DNA of 64,000 nt. It comes from Christiangramia sp. LLG6405-1 (lineage in GTDB: Bacteria; Bacteroidota; Bacteroidia; Flavobacteriales; Flavobacteriaceae). The stretch's first letter is position 1, and every line of letters begins with the position of its first letter. Position numbers and translations under genes: made by a program. Positions 58,972 to 64,000 of the stretch are shown here, one piece after another. The notes below the pieces were generated by a model. That model had not been told where the DNA came from and ran no database searches. It saw only the letters and a program-made list of their open reading frames with translations. The stretch covers positions 1,551,547 to 1,615,546 of the forward strand of contig NZ_CP159330.1 in the NCBI RefSeq assembly GCF_045055805.1, written 5' to 3'.

Positions 58972-59805
58972 ATGATCAAAATTCTTAGTAGCTTTCTAGT
59001 TATTCTGATAAGTGCATTTTGTAGTGCGCAGGAAGTTAGCGTGATGAGCTATAATATTAAGTATGCCAACGAGAATGACGGGGAGAATAGCTGGTCTAAG
59101 CGGAAAGATTTTATTACTGATCAAATCCAGTTCTACGAGCCTCAAATCCTGGGACTTCAGGAGGCGGTAAAAATTCAGATCGAGCATTTTCTAGTTGAGG
59201 TCGATGGTTACCAATCGATTGGAGTAGCCCGGGAAGATGGCCTTGATAAAGGCGAATATACCGCAATACTTTATAAAACCGAACATTTTGAAGTTGTAGA
59301 AACAAATACTTTCTGGCTTTCAGAAACTCCAGAAGCAGTTTCAACAGGATGGGATGCAGCATTACCCAGGATCTGTACGTATGCACTTTTCAAAACTAAA
59401 AATAGCGGGAAAAAGTTCTGGGTATTCAATACTCATTTTGATCATATTGGTAAGAATGCCAGGACTAAAAGTGCTGAGTTGATCCTTAAAAAAATTGCAG
59501 AACTCAATATGAATCAACTTCCGGTACTTCTAATGGGTGATCTCAATTTAGAACCACATGCAGAAGGAGTATTTAATATTCTGAAACAACTTCAGGATTC
59601 CAGGGAAATTGCACAAAATACATTCGGGCCACAGGGAACTTTTAATGGATTCCAGTTCGATAAACCAGTCAAACGCCGAATTGATTATATTTTTGTGAGT
59701 GACCAGATTGGTATTAATAAACACGCTGTATTAACAGATTCGCATGATCTAAAATATCCTTCAGATCATTTCCCGGTTTTCATCGAAGCAGAATTCGAGG
59801 AATAA
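58972..59805 (+). CDS. Endonuclease/exonuclease/phosphatase (EEP) family protein, secreted
   Basis: Signal peptide, then the EEP motifs SYNIKYAN..., NTHFDH and a C-terminal SDHFPV. Confidence 0.7.
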   Translation: MIKILSSFLVILISAFCSAQEVSVMSYNIKYANENDGENSWSKRKDFITDQIQFYEPQILGLQEAVKIQIEHFLVEVDGYQSIGVAREDGLDKGEYTAILYKTEHFEVVETNTFWLSETPEAVSTGWDAALPRICTYALFKTKNSGKKFWVFNTHFDHIGKNARTKSAELILKKIAELNMNQLPVLLMGDLNLEPHAEGVFNILKQLQDSREIAQNTFGPQGTFNGFQFDKPVKRRIDYIFVSDQIGINKHAVLTDSHDLKYPSDHFPVFIEAEFEE

Positions 59806-59922
59806 TCGAAATAGTAAAAGCATCTTAGCTCCAGATTTCTAATTTCAATAAAAAAAGGTGAAAAAGTGACTTCTTATAGTGTAGTAAAGCTTTTATAGTA
59901 TAGTTTCTCTGTAATTAGAAGT

Positions 59923-60693
59923 CTATTCAATTTCAATTACTTCGCCATCATTTGGTATATATGTCTTCTCTAAAAGACCCTTTTCTGCCAGTTCTTTACG
60001 TAATTGAGTTCTTGTAGTGGGACAATGATTGACAGCTTCTAAATGATTTGCCACTACAGATCCTGGTGCAGCTTTGGTGAATTTTACAATATCTTCCATA
60101 GTCATTAGTAAAGGTTGAAATAAATCCAACTGTGCCGTTCCACAAGCAACAACAGCGACATCTGGTTTGTATTTATGAAGTGCTTTCTCTACATCATTCG
60201 TGTAAATCGTGTCAGCACTCAAATACATTGATTTCTCGCCTGGAAGTTGAACGTAAAAACCCATTACATTTCCCATTGGTTTAGATACAAATCCATAACC
60301 GTGTTTGGCAGGGATGCCCTCAATAGTTCCATCTAAAAAATTAGATTCTTCCCAGTAATTAACTGTATTAACCGCATTCAAACCTCGTTTCTTCAGGTCT
60401 TCTTCGTCTTTGATACTACAGGTGATGGGTATTCGATTTGATTTTAGAAATTCTTCTCCGGCAGTATCAAGATGGTCAGGGTGTAGATGAGTGATAAGAC
60501 AATGTGTAGTCTTCCTAACGATTTCCATAGCATTAGTGGGTAAATCGAGGATTGGATTTCTTTTTGGTTTAAATCTGAATAGTGTAAAGGTTGGTCCCGC
60601 TGTTCCTTTTTCACCCAACATAGGATCCACTAAGATAAATCTGTCTCCTGACTCTATTACCATCGTGGCATTACGCAAATGATGTATCCTCAT
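59923..60693 (-). CDS. MBL-fold metallo-hydrolase
   Basis: HLHPDHLD (HxHxDH motif). 256 aa. Confidence 0.75.
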   Translation of the reverse strand: MRIHHLRNATMVIESGDRFILVDPMLGEKGTAGPTFTLFRFKPKRNPILDLPTNAMEIVRKTTHCLITHLHPDHLDTAGEEFLKSNRIPITCSIKDEEDLKKRGLNAVNTVNYWEESNFLDGTIEGIPAKHGYGFVSKPMGNVMGFYVQLPGEKSMYLSADTIYTNDVEKALHKYKPDVAVVACGTAQLDLFQPLLMTMEDIVKFTKAAPGSVVANHLEAVNHCPTTRTQLRKELAEKGLLEKTYIPNDGEVIEIE

Positions 60694-60756
60694 ATATACT
60701 GTCTTTTTTTAATCGATCGATGCTCTGGTTCTAACATCGTCTTCAAAATCTTAAAT

Positions 60757-61041
60757 TTAACTACCAGCGAAAGGGGTGCCAAAAATTCCGACTGCAAGTT
60801 CTGCCCAGATGATGAAAAGTAATATAAGAATCGCCGAGCTAGCAATAATTCTCTGTTTTCGGCTTTTTAGTTTATGACGTACAAATTGAATAGCAAGTCC
60901 GCTAAGAAATAATAGACTTCCCATCACTAAAAAATCAAAACCACTCCAATTTACTTCATTGGTAAATTGCATAGCCAATAAGGGAATGAGTGAAATTGTT
61001 ACTACTACAAATAAAGTAACAGATAGATCTTCAGTTCTCAT
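60757..61041 (-). CDS. Small membrane protein (hypothetical, 3 TM)
   Basis: 94 aa, hydrophobic. Confidence 0.35.
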   Translation of the reverse strand: MRTEDLSVTLFVVVTISLIPLLAMQFTNEVNWSGFDFLVMGSLLFLSGLAIQFVRHKLKSRKQRIIASSAILILLFIIWAELAVGIFGTPFAGS

Positions 61042-61101
61042 TTTGCTGAAATTATAATTCCTTTCAATAAAGTTAAGTATTTATGCCTTACTGTATGAAA
61101 C

Positions 61102-61128
61102 AAAAAAACCCGCAGAATTTGCGGGTTT
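61102..61128 (-). terminator. Intrinsic terminator (CCCGCA-GAATT-TGCGGG + T7 on minus strand)
   Basis: GC stem with a U-tract, directly after the stop of the 61146-62501 gene. Confidence 0.6.
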
Positions 61129-61145
61129 TATATTCTAAATCTGAA

Positions 61146-62501
61146 TTATAGGTCCAGCCTGTTTTCATCAGACCTTCCCGGGGAGGGATTATCTGGCCTG
61201 TTTGGATTTGCAGGATCATTGATATTTCCCGGTCTTGTTCCAGTTTGTTCATCCTGGCTGGTGTTTCCAGTCATTCCGCCTGTTCCTGGGTTATGAGGCG
61301 GATTCGTATTTCCACCATGCTGAATGTTGGAGTTATCATCCTTCAGTTTCTGCACGATCTCTTTAAAATGCTCGCCGGCAGCTTCGCGTCCACCAAGTCC
61401 ATAACTCAGCGCTACCGCTACGGCGATTGCTCCAAGCGTAAGACCAAAAGCAAGTTCTACGATCTCGTTGGCAATTCCCATGGTTTCTAGTGCGATTGCA
61501 AGGAACAATGCAAAAGAAGCCCAGCGAACTATCTTTGCTACGAAATTGCTTCCGTTCGCCTTACTCATACTGTTGTAAATAAGCAGCGAGATATAATTCC
61601 CTACCGCAAGAATAATTAATCCGAATAAGATCTGTCCTGTTAGAACAAGTATCTGGTCAAGGATCTCTGTTAATTGAGTAAGTCCTATGATTTCAACAGC
61701 GGTGATAATTCCGAAGAAAACAAGGAAAAAATATACCAGGTTAGCCACCATTTTAGAAAGTGACTGGTCTTTCCCGATCATGTTATGGATCTGTATCTTT
61801 TCTGCAGCGCGGTCCAGTCCCATACTTCTAAATAGATCTTCCAGGAAGTTTGCAAGATATTTTCCACCCCAGATAAACACTGCCAGAATAATTGCAGCGA
61901 TCAGGATCTCACCAATAAGTGCTGTAAAATCTGCAAGAATATCATTTGCAGGACCCGAAATCGCATCCAGACCCAAAGCATTAAATGCCTGGATGAGGAA
62001 TGGAATAAAGATTACGATAAATACAACTTTCTTAAGAATATTGATCAGTTTATCGGTATCCTTAAAACCTGTTTTATCTACCATTCTATCCAGAAAAGTT
62101 CCTCCAATATTGATAAGATTGGAGACAAATTTTGCCAGGATATAACCAATAAATCCAATAAGTATGGCTGCTACAAGGTTCGGGATAAAGCCCAGGAATT
62201 CGCTTACCATATTTTCAAGCGGAGTCAGCACCTGGTCCACACCTAGAATTTCCAGGACGATCAGGATCACAATGATCATGATAACATAATACACAATGTT
62301 GGCAAGAAAGACGTTCGTATCCTCAATCTTACCTTTTCCGAAGACGCGCTCATCCCAGCGAGTTTTCTTCAGTAAGCGTACAATGACCGCTTTGATGCCT
62401 TTGGCAATAAGCCAACCGATCAATAAGACCAGCAAAGCACCTAATAAATCCGGCAGAAAGTCGCTAATTCTGTCTGCAATATTTTCCAATTCGTTTCTCA
62501 T
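61146..62501 (-). CDS. Membrane protein with repeated conserved-TM-helix motifs and Pro/Gly/Asn-rich C-terminal tail (possible mechanosensitive-channel-related)
   Basis: About 5 repeats of L..LLGALLVLLIGWLIAK-like helices. The disordered C-terminus is ...NTNPPHNPGTGGMTGNTSQDEQTGTRPGNINDPANPNRPDNPSPG. Confidence 0.4.
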   Translation of the reverse strand: MRNELENIADRISDFLPDLLGALLVLLIGWLIAKGIKAVIVRLLKKTRWDERVFGKGKIEDTNVFLANIVYYVIMIIVILIVLEILGVDQVLTPLENMVSEFLGFIPNLVAAILIGFIGYILAKFVSNLINIGGTFLDRMVDKTGFKDTDKLINILKKVVFIVIFIPFLIQAFNALGLDAISGPANDILADFTALIGEILIAAIILAVFIWGGKYLANFLEDLFRSMGLDRAAEKIQIHNMIGKDQSLSKMVANLVYFFLVFFGIITAVEIIGLTQLTEILDQILVLTGQILFGLIILAVGNYISLLIYNSMSKANGSNFVAKIVRWASFALFLAIALETMGIANEIVELAFGLTLGAIAVAVALSYGLGGREAAGEHFKEIVQKLKDDNSNIQHGGNTNPPHNPGTGGMTGNTSQDEQTGTRPGNINDPANPNRPDNPSPGRSDENRLDL

Positions 62502-62656
62502 AATTTGTTTGATTAGTTAGACCGAATGAAATTAGGAGAAATGCAATTGTATTGTTAATTGATTAACAATAGTTTAGGTAATGAAATGTATAAAGCGTAA
62601 TGAAATAACTGATATCGTTAAATCATTACGCTTTATTCTATTAAAATATTAAAAAT

Positions 62657-63511
62657 CTATTTCGAGATCCAGACTGGGATATTTCGCTTCATTTTGAAAA
62701 GCTCACCTGCTACACTTCCTACAAGCAACGATGAAAAGACATTGTTCCCTTTACTGGCAATTACCATAAGATCTGCCTGCTCTTTATCAGATTCCAGTAC
62801 AAGACGCTCTGCGACACTTGCATCTTTTGCCCGAAAAATCTTTGTAGTAGTATCTGTAATAAGGTATCTCTTCAAGAATTTATCGAACTTTTCCTGGCTA
62901 TGCTTTTGAATCTTTGGCAACATCGCATCCTTTTCAATATATGGTGTGAATTGAATAGGAATAGAATACACATGGATAGACGAAACTCCGGCTCCGGTGT
63001 AATTTGCGAGCATAGAAGCTGTTTCAAAAGATTTAGCCGATTCGCGGGAAAAATCTGTTCCCACCCAAATATTATTCATGCTGCCTAAAGTATTCTCAGG
63101 AACAGAGACGATGTCACATTTTAAAGTTTTCATCAGCTTTTCTGAAATTCCTCCTGAACCTTCGGTGATCTTTTTCTTTCCAACAATCACGAGATCGATC
63201 GCATATTTATGAACTACGTAGCTCATAAGACTTTCGGTATAAGGATCTTCGGAAATTAAAACTTCAAATTCGGTTGAAGCTGAAAAATGCTGAGAAACCT
63301 TCTCGTCTAGCTCATCACTGATCATGGTCTCCAGATCCAGATCCTTCAGTTGTTCCTGAAAGATTTCAGAAATCTCATACTTTTTAATATTATGTACAAA
63401 ATATATCTTCTCAGGCTTCAGAGTATCGGCCAGGAAAGATGCATATTGAATGAGTGTGTCATCTATTGTGCTCAAATCCAGAGCTACCAGAATGTTGTTG
63501 ACTTTCTTCAT
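62657..63511 (-). CDS. Universal stress protein, tandem UspA domains
   Basis: Two Usp domains (ILVALDLS..., ...VIASKG...SVAGELF). 284 aa. Confidence 0.8.
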   Translation of the reverse strand: MKKVNNILVALDLSTIDDTLIQYASFLADTLKPEKIYFVHNIKKYEISEIFQEQLKDLDLETMISDELDEKVSQHFSASTEFEVLISEDPYTESLMSYVVHKYAIDLVIVGKKKITEGSGGISEKLMKTLKCDIVSVPENTLGSMNNIWVGTDFSRESAKSFETASMLANYTGAGVSSIHVYSIPIQFTPYIEKDAMLPKIQKHSQEKFDKFLKRYLITDTTTKIFRAKDASVAERLVLESDKEQADLMVIASKGNNVFSSLLVGSVAGELFKMKRNIPVWISK

Positions 63512-64000
63512 TACTGATTGGTTTTATTTTCATTCTTAACATTACGCTTCTGTACAATTTCAGAAACGATCTCTTCATAATTCTTCATCTGTTTTTCAGA
63601 TTTCTTTTCTTCCATTTGCTCATGATCTTCCTTCAGTCCTTTATATAAAGAATAGCACATCACCATAAGAATAATGGCGAATGGAAGTCCGGTGACAATG
63701 GTTGCGGTCTGTAATGCCTGCAAACCACCTCCAATAAGAAGCACGGCTGCCACAGCACCTTCAGTCACCGCCCAGAAAATTCGTTGTCCAACCGGAGCAT
63801 CGATCTTTCCACCAGTAGTTAAACTATCAATTACCAGTGATCCGGAATCTGAAGATGTGATGAAGAAACCTGCAATAAGTAAAATAGCGACCACATTAAT
63901 TACCATCGATAATGGGTAATCCTGGAAAAATACAAAGAGGGCAGTAGCGATATCAGCATTTACTGCTTCGCTTAGAACGTTATTACCAGACATGATCTGT
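63511..64000 (-). CDS. BCCT-family (betaine/carnitine/choline) transporter, C-terminal part (partial; continues beyond the window)
   Basis: C-terminal TM helices GLPFAIILMVMCYSLYKGL and a hydrophilic tail. The frame is open to the window edge. Confidence 0.5.
   Translation of the reverse strand, partial: QIMSGNNVLSEAVNADIATALFVFFQDYPLSMVINVVAILLIAGFFITSSDSGSLVIDSLTTGGKIDAPVGQRIFWAVTEGAVAAVLLIGGGLQALQTATIVTGLPFAIILMVMCYSLYKGLKEDHEQMEEKKSEKQMKNYEEIVSEIVQKRNVKNENKTNQ

Noticed and set aside
1-64000. CRISPR arrays, IS elements, transposases, integrases, tRNA/rRNA genes
   Set aside because: No regularly spaced direct repeats, no transposase- or integrase-like ORFs, and no rRNA- or tRNA-like sequences other than the tmRNA were seen.

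Overview
This 64-kb window is a chromosomal segment from a low-GC (roughly 35-40% by eye) Bacteroidota genome, most likely Flavobacteriaceae. Signs of that lineage: a bTHX ribosomal protein, an ssrA tag ending GENNYALAA, SusC-type CarbopepD/Plug motifs, a PepSY-TM protein and no obvious Shine-Dalgarno usage. There are no transposases, integrases, CRISPR arrays, rRNA or tRNA genes.

Ordinary content:
- A complete minus-strand tryptophan operon, trpEGDCFBA (5571-12044). Just upstream is an unlisted 18-codon leader ORF with three consecutive Trp codons and an intrinsic terminator, a classic attenuator signature.
- Housekeeping genes coaD, ddl, a PASTA-domain protein, an RluA-family pseudouridine synthase, yaaA and rlmF.
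- A marR-nitroreductase-yceI operon.
- The glyoxylate shunt genes aceB-aceA with a divergent RamB/ScfR-like XRE regulator.
- gdhA preceded by a sigma-54 two-component system.
- A tmRNA gene (ssrA, minus strand) that the ORF track misses.
- Various lipoproteins, transporters and stress proteins.

Two unusual loci stand out.

1. At 28.0-38.0 kb: a divergent XRE regulator with a TTGCTAATATT inverted-repeat operator, then a tightly packed operon. It encodes a ~130-aa YjfI/YbjN-like protein, PspA/IM30 (the bacterial ESCRT-III homologue), an NfeD/YqiJ-like membrane protein and a 691-aa flotillin. A strong intrinsic terminator follows, then a 1625-aa protein with a beta-rich N-terminal domain, a ~700-aa coiled coil and a C-terminal MoxR/dynein-type AAA+ ATPase module. 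This looks like a candidate membrane-stress or membrane-remodelling system whose ATPase component is uncharacterised.

2. At 21.5-28.0 kb: a 2150-aa alpha-2-macroglobulin-like protein with an embedded SusC-style CarbopepD_reg + Plug segment and a CSEQ thioester variant. It has no pbpC partner.
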